64,000 bases of DNA, taken from NCBI GenBank assembly GCA_965112155.1, contig OZ218103.1, one strand, 5' to 3'. The notes beneath the pieces are model-generated. The model saw only the letters and a program-made list of their open reading frames with translations, searched no databases and was not told the origin of the DNA. Source of the stretch: Podarcis liolepis. Its lineage: Eukaryota. Below are positions 36,458 through 49,418 of the stretch, piece by piece; positions within the stretch are counted from its first letter, which is position 1, and each line of letters opens with the position of its first letter. The translations under genes and the position numbers were made by a program.

Positions 36458-38114
36458 TGAAATGAAGGGTCGCTGTGTCCTTGCTTCAGAAGTGGGCATT
36501 CGGGGGGGAGGGGTAGTCCTGCCATTAGGTTGTGTGGCATTGCCTACTAAAGAGCAAAGTAGAGCTGGTTTGTGCCCTGGCTCCACTTTTGACCCAAACA
36601 TGCATTTGGGGACCCCTTTCTTAACCCTTTCCATGTGTTTGCATGGTGGAGGTGCTCCTCTTGTGACCCACCTTGAATGCCAATCTGGAAAATCCAGTTC
36701 ACCTTTGCTAGGACTCAGTGCTAAAGAGTGGGCTTTCCCTGGGGAAAGTGGCAGGACAAGCGGAAGTCTGGATGAGCCCTAAGATTGCTTAACATCCCCT
36801 CCCACCGTAGCTTCTTTCCAAGAACTCAAAGTCGTTTGTATTTTAAGCAGAGTGAGAGATGGATGCATGGGAGTAGGAAAACAGAAATGCTGTCCTACGC
36901 AGACAGTACTACTCTGCCATTCAAACATCAGTGGGAAGCTGTTTTAAATGCTTTAGATGAACATTGGGCATTTCCCTTCTATCAGTACTATCAGTAGCAT
37001 CACCTGGCATGAAGGGGTTCACTCAATAGTTTGATTTCCCATGGGTGAAGTACCCCCCCCCCCCGGTTGCAGCTGCGCAACTGCCCTTGTGATCCCAGGA
37101 CATGATCTGAGTGCACCTGATGCAGCCACCTTGCAGAAACACAACAGGACTAGACTGCTCTGGACGCCCCACGAGATTCATCCGCTATAACAGCAGAGTC
37201 AAGGTCTTGGTGGATGCAGGCAATTTTATCCTCAAAATGTTTTGCAAGCAAGTGACATCAGCTACTGTTGGTCCCGCCACCTCCTCTGGGCCAGCCTGTA
37301 AAAGGCCCTGTCCAGTCTGAAAAAGTTCTGCCGGACGACATGATGAGGATGCCATGGAGGCTATTTTGCTGTCTTCCCTGCCACTAGGGAGGCTCCATAA
37401 TGAGCTCTTACCAGTGTTTGGTTGCATTCATTTGGATCTTTTCTCCACTTGCATTCAATATAGAGGAATGATTTTTGAAGTTATTTGAGGTAAAATTGAT
37501 ATGTTTGATTAGAGAAAAACCATTGCTGACATTTATTAATAATAATAATTAGAGAACCCCGTTTGGATTTTGAGTGTGAAAAGAAAATGAACAAATTTGA
37601 GACATTTGAGTTTGATGATTGTGAAAATATTGCTTAACAGGAAGTAGAATAGTTGGATGTCATCCTAGAGTGAATGTTTTGAGTAATTTCTTTTATGTAA
37701 AGGCAGCAATCATTTTGTGTGTTTCCCCTTGAAACACAACTGCTGTTGTGAGGGTCCTTTTGGACCTGGAAGAGGGCAGAACCCACATGCAAAATGGTTG
37801 CTGCCTGTAACTGACAAATGGAAAATCAGAAGTCCTTTTTATTTTTATTTCTCTCCCCCCCCTTTAATTTCCCGTTTCCCTCCCTCCCCCTTTTCCTTTG
37901 GGTGTCCTCTGCTCCGGGTCGTCATTGGGCTGCAAGGATGACACACACATGAAGGTGATGGACACTGAGTGAAGGACGCAGGGAGGGGAAGATCTCCCAG
38001 GGTGGGAAGCTGGGAGAAAAAAGGAAAGCTGTAGGGTTAAGAGCTACCTTTGAGGGACACTCTGCATTTTCTTTTCTCTTTCTCTGTTTTCTTTCTCTCT
38101 TTTTGTTTTGTTTA

Positions 38115-38115
<1 letters not shown>

Positions 38116-38163
<48 letters not shown>
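38116..38163 (+). repeat. (AAT)n microsatellite adjoining minus-strand L2 remnants (about 38165-38990)
   Basis: About 16 AAT units. The neighbouring minus-strand text GLPLRPVQKLQLVQSAA is an L2 ORF2 C-terminal motif. Confidence 0.85.
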
Positions 38164-38164
<1 letters not shown>

Positions 38165-39140
38165 GTATTTTTATTATTTATTCCCTGCCCATCTGACTAG
38201 GTTCCCCTAGCCACTCTGGGTGGCTTACAGCATGTATAAAACATAATAAAATATTAAACATTAAAACTTCCTGATACAGGACTCTTTCATCTTACTGTAT
38301 TATGAAAAGGCTTCAGTAAAATCTGAAAGTAAAACCTTGAGCCGCCTGGTCCAGTAGCATATAGGCATCCAGTGCAGTTCCTTCCACAGTAGTGACATGT
38401 TGACGATGGGTCACACCCTGCAAAGCAATTACCTGCTGCACTTTGCACTAGCTGCAGCTTCTGAACTGGCCTTAAGGGCAGCCCAACCGAGAGTGCCATG
38501 GCAGTAGTCTAGTCTTGGAAGTTACCAAGGCATGCACCTCTGTGGCCAAGTTGTCCCAGTCCTGGAAAGAACGAGCCACTGCAGGCATGTGGGCCTCCAA
38601 CACTCCCAGACTACAAACCTGCCCTCCATCTGTAGCTCTCAGGGGATTCGCAGCATAAAAATGCAAGATAAAAACACAAAGTACACAATAAAAAAGAGCA
38701 AAACAAAACAAAGCCCCTTCCCCACCGCCAGAAACATATTTAAGAGGATATAGGATGTTGTAAGCCAAAGGCCAGCTTGAAGAGGAATGTTTTCGCCTTG
38801 CGCCTAAAGGTGTATAAAGAAGGTGCTGGGCTCCTCCTGAGCACATGAACCTGCAAAACAGATCAGAATGCAGTTTCAAGAAACTTTCCACTTTCACCCA
38901 ACCAAACTGACCAAGAACTTGCGCAGCTGATTCATATGTTGCAGAAAAACAGAGTTATGTGCCATCAGCATGCTGAGAACACCCTACCAAGTCCAAAGCC
39001 CATGGTTTCATATGGAAGAGTCCTGGGAACAACTGGCTTGGTGTGCTATTTCAGGGTGTGCAAGCCTGCTTTGAGCTGATGGTGATCTTGAGTGCCATGA
39101 TTTTGGAGGGTCATGGCATCCTTTCCCCGTGCACTCAGGG

Positions 39141-39720
39141 CTATGGTTTCATCATAGCCTGCCCCTGTGGTGAACGCTGCATGGTCTTTTTGTGTCCAAA
39201 TATCTCCTGGAGACTCAGTTCCTTTTCCCAGGCAGGAGCGTTCTTGTGGCGAATGTAGCGGGCTTTCCTAGCTTCCGCATAAGACTTTAGGAAATCTGGC
39301 CTGGCATACATGGTCCTGAGGCGTCCATCTGCTGCATAGGCCTCTGGATCCATGATCAGCCTCTCAGGCCCAAGGGAAGGCCTTCGTTGCCCTGGGAGAG
39401 TCACGAGCTTAGTGCCCTTGGCTCCACCAGCAGCTCTGCTCTCCTTCTCTGCAGGCCCTTCCCCTTGGCCCTCGGTTCCATCTGCTTCCTCTCCCTCCCC
39501 AGCCTCTGAGGAGATGCACAGCTGCTTGGCGATGGAGTCCTGTAGGGTGGCGATGTCCCTGTCAGCAGTGGTGTTTGGGTCTGTGACATTCAAGGGGGGC
39601 AAGTGCCCTTTTCTGCCCTCTTCATTTCTTGCGACATCACCATCAGGCTTCTGTAGATACAAGGAAGGCTGGCTTGTCCCTGGAAAGCCTCCTGCCTTGG
39701 CCAGTGTTTTCCTCTTGGAT
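39141..39720 (-). CDS. CCDC190: Coiled-coil domain-containing protein 190, last coding exon
   Basis: Acceptor ttttcttctag|A. SKRKTLAKAGG...PDFLKSYAEARKARYIRHKNAPAWEKELSLQEIFGHKK...KP*. Matches the conserved ARxAxYxRH...LSxxEIFGH motif of CCDC190, and sits tail-to-tail with HSD17B7 as in other amniotes. Confidence 0.9.
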
Positions 39721-40845
39721 CTAGAAGAAAAGAGGGAGAGTCACACAGCCCTGGCCTAAGAGGGTGGTTTCAGTTCCCCACTGAACGGAGTATAAAGAAA
39801 CTGCAACCACCTCAGTGGCCTGGAAGTCCATGTGCTTCTGAGGGCAAAGTGCAGCCTCTAATTGGCAGGGTCTAACCCTAAATTGGAGCGTTTCCTCATA
39901 TCTTTTTTGAAGTGGAAAGAGTGAATGTGTTTGCGAACATGTTATCAGGCAAGTACCCTCACGAGAGTGCCAAGATTTGGCTCCTGCTTCTTGTTCATAG
40001 TTTGCTGTGACAATGTGGAATAGGGAGTAGGCTGCTGCTACTTTGCGTGAGGCAAAGCTGACGCAGTGGCTCTGCCTCCATCCTCCATTTACACTTCCAG
40101 TCGAGGTTTTGAAGGCTTTGTTCTGTCTCCACAGTCAGAGACAGTTCAGGTGGTAGTCAGTTAACTAATTGTGCTCACACAAGGATTATTGCTGGCACAA
40201 CAGGACTTTCCCCACTCTGCACATATCCTGCACGGTTACCAAATCTGTTCCAGAGATTTAGAACAGATTCAGGGGGTGGAGATCCACATGGGAGGAGAGG
40301 AGGAGAACCAGAGCCAGCCCAATACATTCTCCTGCCTGAGGCAAACCAGAAAATGGCAACCCGTGGGAATCCTGGGAACTGTAGTTTGTTCAGTGTGCAT
40401 GGATAGCAAATATCAGGCTCAGGGACCAGATGCAGCCCTCCAGGTCGCTCTGCTGGGACTCAAGCCACCCCCTTCTCCAGTCCTTCTTTGCACCCTTCAT
40501 AAGCGTTTTTGACTGATGCACCCCTCCAAAAACATGCCTCCTCTCTCTCACCTCTGCACCATGGCTAACTGGCTGGAGGCTGAAGCTGCTCTCTAGCAAA
40601 GCTGGGAGGGAGCTTGTCTGTCAGGAGGCGGGCATTTGATAGAGATATGGAAAGGAAGGGCTAGTATGATGCCGTGAAATGGGGAGACATTCTGTGGTAA
40701 AACAAGGCTGCTGAAATGGAAGAGGAAAATGGGCGGCAGATGCAATGCTCATGAAATGAGAATAAAACTTGGATTTCCATTCCTTAGACACATGCATGGC
40801 ATTTTAGGAGCCCAGATGTGAAGTTCTCCTGACAGACACCCTTAC

Positions 40846-40963
40846 CGCTGTGCCGCATCTTGGAATCTGCTGTAATCCTGTCCTGCCTGTGGCGACAGGA
40901 GTGGAAGAGCCAGTTTTATGCTTCTGCGTCCAGGGCCCACTGAAAGCTTCTGCTTGGAGCGAC
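40846..40963 (-). CDS. CCDC190: CCDC190 middle coding exon
   Basis: ttttctcccaag| ... |gtaagg, 118 bp, phase 1 to phase 2, bridging the two flanking exons in frame. (S)RSKQKLSVGPGRRSIKLALPLLSPQAGQDYSRFQDAAQ(R). Confidence 0.8.
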
Positions 40964-41792
40964 CTTGGGAGAAAAGGAGCAGGCTGGTTATCAGGATCCC
41001 CCCTGCATTAAAAGCCCCCAAACAGGGACTTTGGAGTCAATCTAGATCAAGCATTGTCAACATGGTACCATCCAGATTCTGTGGGCTGCTGGATAGGGTT
41101 CATAAGGGTTGTAACTCAAAACATGTGGGGTGCCCCACATTGGCTGCTGCTGCTCTACACAGGAGATGTGTGAATGATTTGTGACTGTTTTAACTGAAGA
41201 ACAGCTGGGAGGAGGCTGTCAATTTCAACAAAGGAACAGAATGGGACGGCTTAATCCTGTCTTGCTGTTTGTCCACTCAAAATGGCTTCCCCAAATTGCT
41301 TTTCACCCTGAAAGGAAGATTCTTTCATCAACTGGGCTACATTTGAGTCAAAGAAGGGTGGGGAAAGGCTGTTTACCAATGAGGATGGGGGTCATTTTCT
41401 GGCACTGAACTGCAACCAGTGTGCCCTATGACTAGGGTCTGATTAGGTCATTAGGACCATATTGATTGATGTTCTAATCTTAAACTAGCCCTAGTCATGG
41501 GGAACAACTTGCATAGAATGGGCAGTCTCAGATGGGCAGAGATGCCTCTCCATTCTACATCCAAAAGATGCACCCAGCCAATTCAGGGGAAGAATATGCA
41601 ACCCCATTGACACACATGGAAGCCTGCTTCTTCCCTTCCTGGATCAGGATCAGGGCATCTGTGGCCTTCCAAGGGTAATCTTGGTGGCAGGGGTCAAATT
41701 CTGCACCAAATTAATTCCAACTGCAGAATCCCTGCTTTCAAAAAGTGGCTTTGCCGTTGCATTGGGTGAAAGAAGAAGGAAACAGCTCCTCA

Positions 41793-42239
41793 TTATTGGA
41801 GTATTACAATATATCCAAAACAATGGAAGAAATTGGAAGGATTTCAAAAGAAAAGAACGATAGGGACTGGAAGGTGTTTAAAAGATACGTGCAAAATCAT
41901 ATCGAAAAATCAGAACTCCTATTAGAATAAACAAGTTCTGTTTCAAATACTGAAATATCAAATAAGATGGAAAACAATGTGTAATAGAAAAATAAGTATG
42001 AAATTAGGGTAAAGGTGTGTGAAAGAAAGTAATAGAAGTGGAAAGAAATTGTAATTGAGTAGACTGGAAGTCAAACACAAAGGTGGGGTGAAGGGTTGGT
42101 GGATGGTGATGGGGAAAGGAACTATTTGTGGGATTGAGTGTAAGTATGTTTGAACATTTTTAAGGATTGTATGAAATGTATGTTTGTATGCTTGTATATG
42201 TGTATTAATGATGAATTCAAATTTCTAAAAAAAAAGAAA
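41793..42239 (+). mobile_element. 5'-truncated L1-like LINE
   Basis: ORF2 end (..DRDWKVFKRYVQ..), AT-rich UTR, A-tail and 17-bp TSD aaggaaacagctcctca (41776-41792, 42240-42256). Confidence 0.85.
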
Positions 42240-42257
42240 AAGGAAACAGCTCCTCAC

Positions 42258-42432
42258 TCTTCTGCATTCTCATGAGCTCCTGCTGGAGTCTCCGCTGCTC
42301 CTTCATCATTGAATTCAAATAGGAGAGGCGGGCGTCTTCTAAATGCTGCAGTCCGCGGATGAGCCTGGCCTCTGCCCTCTTGCCATCCTGCCTCTCGGCC
42401 TCCCAGCGTCTGGAGGTCTCCCCACCTGCCAT
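42258..42432 (-). CDS. CCDC190: CCDC190 first coding exon
   Basis: gacATGg start. MAGGETSRRWEAERQDGKRAEARLIRGLQHLEDARLSYLNSMMKEQRRLQQELMRMQK, donor A|gtgagg. The N-terminal coiled coil ER..K.AEARL...EQR.LQ.EL is typical of CCDC190. Joined CDS is 873 bp = 290 aa. Confidence 0.9.
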
Positions 42433-42649
42433 GTCTGTCTTTAGTCCCAGAGAGAGAAAGGCTTCCTGGCACCCCTGGAGAATCTGAAAAAGATTTAGCA
42501 AGGTCAGCCCCACATCCTCTTTCCCTCAAGATAGCTGCATATCTCCCAGCTGTCCAATTAACAGCCCAGCATTTGCATAGAATTTCTGAATGTTGTGATT
42601 AAACATGTCATGCAAATTTATCCTCCACTACTGAGACATTATTTATGTA

Positions 42650-43738
42650 CAAGCATACCCCACTTATGTGCATTCTACTTGCACATGACTGCATATATTT
42701 GTGGTGCCGGGAAATAATTAAATAAATTGAATCGTACCAGGAATTTGTGAGAGAAAGCTGTTGTAGTGATCAGGTGGGATTGCTATGAGGAATTATAACA
42801 AATATAGAGTAAGCCATCTGTGTCAGCAATGAAAGCATTGCGTTGACTGGGTTTAAACTATTTTGATATGATTCTTGATCAATCTACACCTCTGCATCCC
42901 TGTTCCATTTCTCTTTCTTGACCAGTCACGTACACTGCCAGTTGCTTCACCAGGCAGGCATCCTGGGTCATCAAAGACAGTGGCCAGTTTCTTTGATGTA
43001 GCTTTTCTGGTATGTTAATCTTAGGATGTTAATATTAGGGCCAGGAAACAGATCTCACCTGAAGGTGATAATGATCGCTGTACCGCCTGGCCATCATTCT
43101 TATCATCTATATTGCTTGTTTATCACCTCCGGGGTTGCCAGACAGCACTCCTTTTGTAGTTCTGTTTTGTTTACCCCAGAAATAGGCGTGCTTAATTAGT
43201 TTTGGTAGTTTAATTTTCCCCACGTGGGGTTTGTTGAAATGCTCAGAAGAAATCTGATTGGTTCTTATGAACACCCTGTAAAAAGTTCTTTTGTGAATAA
43301 AACGACCTGGACCGAGGGGTAGAGGGAGAGAGATTATTATACGCACCCTTCCCAGAGTCTTGCTGGTTCAAGCCTCTGTGTGTATTCTTATTAATCAGAG
43401 TTCAATCCTTCCTTTACTTTGAGAACGCCTCAAGCTGGAGAGTCTCCGTCAGTGAGGGCAGAGGAAGTCCCAAAGAGACCAGAGGCACAGTGGGGCTTTG
43501 TTAGGCTCCTCAGCCTCCCCACCTAGGAGCTGATGAGCAGGGTAGTGCAGCAGCAGCCGCCACTTTTCTGCAGCCAGCCCCGAAACTTCAACTCTAGTTA
43601 AAGAGAGCGTTGTGGAGAGAGAGCACTGGAGAACAGGAGAAAACAGGCATTTAAAGAGGGTGCTCCCCACTTTACACAATTTCACTTATGTGTGCAGAGG
43701 CTCAGAACGTAACCCCGACATAAGTGGGGAGATGCCTC
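42650..43738. mobile_element. Old Tigger-like element hosting a solo LTR
   Basis: TA-caagcataccccacttatgt ... acataagtggggagatgcctc-TA imperfect TIRs. Confidence 0.65.
42762..43432 (+). mobile_element. Solo LTR (ERV-like, 6-bp TSD)
   Basis: TG...CA ends, TSD agctgt/agctgg, ATTGG near 43256, AATAAA 43296-43301. A second copy lies at 15414-15747. Confidence 0.8.
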
Positions 43739-46700
43739 TATTTGTGGGGTGCCCAAATCTTGTTTAGAAATTTGGATCCCATCAGAAGTTGCCTCATTAC
43801 AGCAGAACAAGCAACATTAATCTGAACAGGTCTAGGCTCACATTCGGAGTGGTCTCAGGGATCTCCTGTGATTCTGTCCACACTCGGGGCTCATCCAGAC
43901 TTCCTCTTGGGCTGTATTTCTATGGAAAGGTGAGGGCTGGGCTTTAAAGCTCTGTGTCCAAGTGCGTGTTTATTTGGAGCTGGCGCTCTCCCTGGGAAAA
44001 TCTAGGTGGTACTGCTGAAGCTGGGCAGACGGCAACCGGGTTTTCCTCAGTGGGACTTACTTCTGAAAAAACATGCAGAGAATCAGGCTGTGAACTGGGC
44101 CGCGTGGGGTCAGGCGCTCCCAAAGATCTGAAAGAGAAAGGGAACAATCCTGGAATTGCCAAACCCTTAACAGGGGGCCTGCGTTTGTTGTGTTACGCAG
44201 ATGGTGTTGCTATGAGAAGGGCTGTTACCTAAGCCATAGTTAACACATTAGCTGAACTCTGTTCTGGAAGGCTAAAAAGTAAATCTTGCTGTTTACATAC
44301 CCCTTTTAATGCGTGAGTAAACAGTGCAGAACTTGCTACACCTATAACTTCCTTAAGTTATTCACTCCTATGCCTCCAGTGTAAAGGAGCAGAGTCCTGA
44401 AGCTTTTCATGGGTTGTGAACGCTAGAAAGAGATCCAGCTGTGGATGCTAGACTATGCCTTGACTCTTGGCTACGTTATTCCTTCAGCTGCCCAGGGGCA
44501 TTGCTGTACAGAATTTCAAAAATGCCACTAATCCGTCCCAGAAGATGTGCAATGTCTGTTGTGTGAGTCGCATAGGAACAGGGGAGGGTTGAGATGAAGA
44601 ACTCTGGGATTGGTTAAGGAAGAGGCGAGTGGCCTGGCTGCAGTGGAGCAGGGAAAGTGGATCAGGCCAGCTGACCTGTGCCAGTGTAAAACTAATCCAC
44701 CCAAAGTCCTCTTTGCATCCAAAGAAAGATGGTGCAACATTAGGTTTCTTGGGTTTCTCTCAGGTGGCCACGTGGAAGGAGAACAGTGTTTCTTCCTGTT
44801 CCTTTAACGCTCGTATCAAAGAGGAAAATTTCTAATCCCTGCAATGGCAAGCTGCAAATGCCGAAATGGCCCACACAGCTATGAAGCCCTGTCCTCCTTG
44901 GCACCTGGCCTTGGCACACACCCTGCAAGGGCCCCTGCCAACACACGAGAGAAGAAATGCTGGAGAGCAGCAGCAGCACTTACAGTTGAAGGATTCGTCC
45001 TGTGATTCTCTTTTGTTCAGGATGACAGGGACCCTGAGGCTATTGGGGAATTCCAGGCACAATCCGCAGAGCAAAGAAAGGCTGATCATGTTAAAAGCCA
45101 GCAATAATTTTCTCTTTCTGTCTTTTGCTTGCCCTTCCCCAAGGAACGCGTGGCGGTGGGGAATCCAGAAAGCTCCTGAAATCCTGAACACTAGACCCAA
45201 ATCTTCCCACAACGGAGGCTGCTTGCAGGGCAAGTGAGAGCCGCATGCTCCCAGTGCTGCGTGAAAACTCCGCTGCGCCTGCTGCCGGCTCTACTACATG
45301 GATTTGGCTTGTTGCCTAGTAGGCGGAGGCAAAGAACAGGGCAGCTCCTTGACTCAGGGGAGCAGCCCCCATGAAACTGCTCTGCAAATAAGAAACAGAC
45401 ATGTGGTGTGGAATCATCACTCAGGAAGGGTCTTTGCAGTCGATACAAAGCAGCACACATTTATTTCCTTAGAGGAAAACATAATACATAAAGTAAAGCA
45501 CTAAAGTAGCGATACGTCAGCCTGGGCTGTTCTGACAATATCTTCTCCCCATACAATGGAGGGGAGATTTTCCTTGTTGTGGGGCCTCGGGGGAGAGAGA
45601 ACCGTGTTGCAGGGAGATAACTGATTACCCTTTCAAAGATATTCCTCCCTTGGAATTCTCTCACCTAGCCCTCTTCCTTTACAAAGCAGCATGCACAGGT
45701 GAATTCCCTTCTGGGCTCTCTTCCCATTACAGGTGTCTGTTTTGATGCTCCAGGCGAGAACAAAAAACTAAAAAGAAAAAAGGTTTGCCAGACTGAGCAA
45801 AATCTGCAAGAATGAGAGGAGCTCTGCCATTGCCTGCTATTTTTCAGCTTTGTAAAAGGCTAAAAATAGCATGCTTTGGTAAGTGTGCCACCTGCCCCCA
45901 ACACTAATTATTATCTCATTTTATTTTGAAGCTGTGAAAAAGCCAGAAATCTTGATACCTGGAGGCTTTTGCAAGCGACTCTATAGCTTTTTCTCCTACA
46001 AAAATTCCCACCCCACAATCCATTGCATGCAAATGTAATAGTACAGTGACTACTGGCAACTAAATTGACACAGCAATCTGTGCAAACGCAGGCAAACATG
46101 CAAGTATACATACATACAAAACATCATGCACACAAGGTAATCTTACTCAAAGGATTAACCCCACTCCCCTGCCAAAATCACATTACTTGAAAACTTTCCC
46201 CACCATCAGAGACTCCAAGAGGGGGGTCCAAGGAACCCTTAGGGACTTGATTTATTCTGTAGAATTCATTTGGAGCCTAGTTAGCAAGCAAATCTTCCGT
46301 CTAAGCCCACAAGCAAGCCAAAGGTAATTAAGAACGTCAGCCCAAAGATAGCTATTGTGTTAGGAAAGCCTAGCAACTAGAAACCAAGAGACTTGTTGGC
46401 TCCCAGACCTGTTTTCCCTAGTTCCCTCCAGAGATTAAGAGAAATCTCAGAGTGCTGCAAGGACGCGGTTCCACAGCCAGCTCTGAAGTGAACGGCTTCA
46501 TGCAGCACAATAAAGTGTGCGTGTGTAACAAATGAAAACAGGAATTGATGTCTGAGGTGGTGTGAAGGGGGGGCATCATTTGGGCTGGCACTGGAAGGTC
46601 TCTGACATTACGGGAGGAAATGGTAGCAGGTTCCAATTGGCAAATTACTGCTAACATACAGAGACATTTACTGGGGCATTATCTTCCTCAGCAATAGTTG

Positions 46701-47533
46701 GATGACGTGCTGGGAGTGCTGGGCATACATCCCTCCATGATGCTGTGGGGCCAGACCAGGGCCTGAACCCAAATCCAGTCTTAGAGACCTAATGTATTTC
46801 AGGTGATTTTGTGAGCGCATAGAGGGAGGAGGGGCAGGCAGGCAGGCAAGGGCTGCTGTGGTGCCGTCTACTATGTTCCATGCATGAAGATGCAGAGCTA
46901 CAGAAAGACAAGCCCCACAAGTTTCTGATATCAGTAGGCTTTCCCCATCTCACTGAGCAAACATGAGAGACCTGTCCATAGAAATTAATGGGGAAATCAA
47001 AGACTTTACTGCATGTGCGACTGGGAAATGTCTCCCCCACTGCTGGCAAAAAGCAAAACAAAAACAGCAGCAGAGACAAGGTCCCTACACTTTCTAAATG
47101 CGGTCTTGCTGTTGGGGGAGGGATATTTTCACAAGTTCTTTCTTGCACATTTAAAACTGCAACCCATCTGCATGCGACTGAACAAAGCACAAGGCTCCTG
47201 CCTGCATGGGCACAGCCTTAAATCAATAAAAATCAATATAAATCTTAGGTTCTGCCCCCCCCCCCGAAGTCTGTCCTCCGCAACAAAAACCCTGACTATG
47301 CCCATGTCTGTATGTGATGAAAAGCAATGTTTTTATGTGAAATATGAGCTGACTTAGAAAGAGCAGGACTTCCTCTGTTTACTGCTTCCATTTGTTTGTG
47401 GGGCGTCCAGACACGCAGCTACACCGAAATCTTTGGCTAGGCCACTGCTTTCTATGGATAGCTCTCAGTTCCACCCCAGGAGGCATTTAAAAATGGTTTC
47501 CCAGAGTGAACCAGGAAATGGTGGATCTAGATA

Positions 47534-47666
47534 AGGGCTAGCCCTTGTGGTGCTCTCCAGTTGTTGATGGACTACAGCTCGCAGCATCCTTGATCATTGG
47601 CCAAGCTGGCTGGGGCTGATGGGAGTTGTAGTTCGGTAGCACCTGGAGGGCAGTCCGCTATCCCTG
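47534..47666. mobile_element. Small hAT-type MITE (ggactaca...tgggagttgtagt family)
   Basis: Internal inverted motif ggactacagctc / gggagttgtagttc, common in squamate hAT MITEs. The ends are decayed. Confidence 0.6.
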
Positions 47667-48049
47667 ACCATGAGATCACTCTTTCTCTGATTTCTGACTG
47701 CCTCTGTGTCTGGAGGGGATGATGAGCACCCACCACCCACAGAAGCTTCGCCAACCAGGTCCCAGTGCCAAACCTTGAGGTCTCACAGGCTCTGGAGTGC
47801 TGAGACAGGCTGGGTGGGCTGGGCTGGGCTGCTTCTTCCCACAGGGGATGCCCTTCTGGCTGAGGTAACTACTATTCCCCTTCAGATAAACATAACATAC
47901 TGGGCATGGGAGGCCAAGTAGCTACCATGCTAAGTTCAAGGGTTTGGATTTGGTGTATAAAGCCCCATGTGCAGCTTGGGACCAGGCGACCCGAAAGATT
48001 GTCTCACCCCTCCGTAGCATCTTCTCAGGTAGTCCCATTCTGGACAATA

Positions 48050-48432
48050 CAGTGGTACCTCGGGTTACAAACTTACCGTATTTTTCGCTCTATAACACGC
48101 ACCTGACCATAACACGCACGTAGTTTTTAGAGGAGGAAAATCCGTAGGCATGCCACCCGTAGGCATTCCCTCCATAACACGCACAGACATTTCCCCTTAC
48201 TTTCTAGGAGGAAAAAAGTGAGTGTTATGGTGCAAAAAATACGGTAATTTGTTCTGGAGCTCCGTTCTTAACCTGAAACCGTTCTTAATCTGAGGTACCA
48301 CTTTAGCTAATGTGGCCTCTCGCTGCCACGCACTTTCTGTTCTCATCCTGAAGCAAAGTTCTTAACCCGAGGTACTACTTCCGGGTTAGCGGAGTTTTTA
48401 ACCCAAAGTGTTTGTAATTTGAGGTACCACTG
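48050..48432. mobile_element. Family B MITE interrupted by a nested Tc2-like MITE (48076-48244)
   Basis: Outer TA-cagtggtacctcgggtta ... gaggtaccactg-TA. Inner TA-ccgtatttttcgc ... gcaaaaaatacgg-TA. Confidence 0.9.
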
Positions 48433-48629
48433 TATAGGAACCAGTCCCCTAGCATCATGGCTGGTGCCCTTTGGAATCCCGTCCCCTTGAATATTAGTCA
48501 GGTGCCCTCTCTGTTGCCTTCGGGGCGCCCAGTGAAGCCCAAGCCTTTTAAGTGGAGAACTTTCCCAGTTTGCCTCTGTACTGGAACTGGTTCTAAAATG
48601 TTTTTAAACTGTTTCTAATGGTCTTACTA

Positions 48630-48982
48630 GGGACGCTGGTGGCGCTGTGGGTTAAACCACAGAGCCTAGGACTTGCTGATCAGAAGGTTGGCAGTTCGAA
48701 TCCCTGCGACAGGGTGAGCTCCCGTTGTTCAGTCCCTGCTCCTGCCCACCTAGCAGTTCAAAAGCACATCAAGTGCAAGTAGATAAATAGGTACCACTCT
48801 GGCAGGAAGGTAAATGGCGTTTCCATGTGCTGCTCTGGTTCGCCAGAAGCGGCTTAGTCCTGCTGGCAACATGACCCGGAAGCTGTACGCGGGCTCCCTC
48901 GGCCAATAAAGCGAAATGAGAGCTGCAACCCAAGTCGGTCACGACTGGACCTAACAGTCAGGGGTCCCTTTACCTTTACCTT
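48630..48982 (+). mobile_element. Sauria SINE
   Basis: gggacgctggtggcgctgtgg head, gttcgaatccc B box, (accttt)n tail, TSD taatggtcttact. Confidence 0.93.
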
Positions 48983-49404
48983 TAATGGTCTTACTGTTTT
49001 ATCTCTTGTTGTTTGCCACCCTGGACTCATTTGGGTGGAAAAGCAGTATATACATTTAATAAATAACAATAATGCTGGTGCCTCCATGTTGGGGTCTTTT
49101 GTCTGGCATATTTTCAAATAATTCTTCACATCCATGAGGGCTAGAAACCTTCCTTTAAACAGAAAGAAATCTACAGCTCTTAGGAATTATGGTTTGGAGA
49201 CGCCTTGCTAGAAAAGTATTAAAGCGACAAAGTAAAAAAGTGTCGGCTTCTATGGAGCACGCTTCTCTCTGGGGGCAGGGCAGCATCACTGTATAGGCAA
49301 CAACCCATTCCAATTTAAACTGGAAGTGGCAACCAAGGGCTCTGAATGTGTTCTGTCCCTTTGGTGCAAATATAGTTTATAAATAAAACAGTGCCATGTG
49401 CCCA

Positions 49405-49418
49405 CCACAAGGTGGCAC
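49405..49418 (+). promoter_or_regulatory. Candidate CTCF site
   Basis: CCACAAGGTGGCAC is close to the core consensus and is preceded by an upstream-module-like cagtgcc. Confidence 0.45.

Noticed and set aside
48630-48725. tRNA-like A and B boxes
   Set aside because: This is a Sauria SINE head, not a tRNA gene; there is no cloverleaf.
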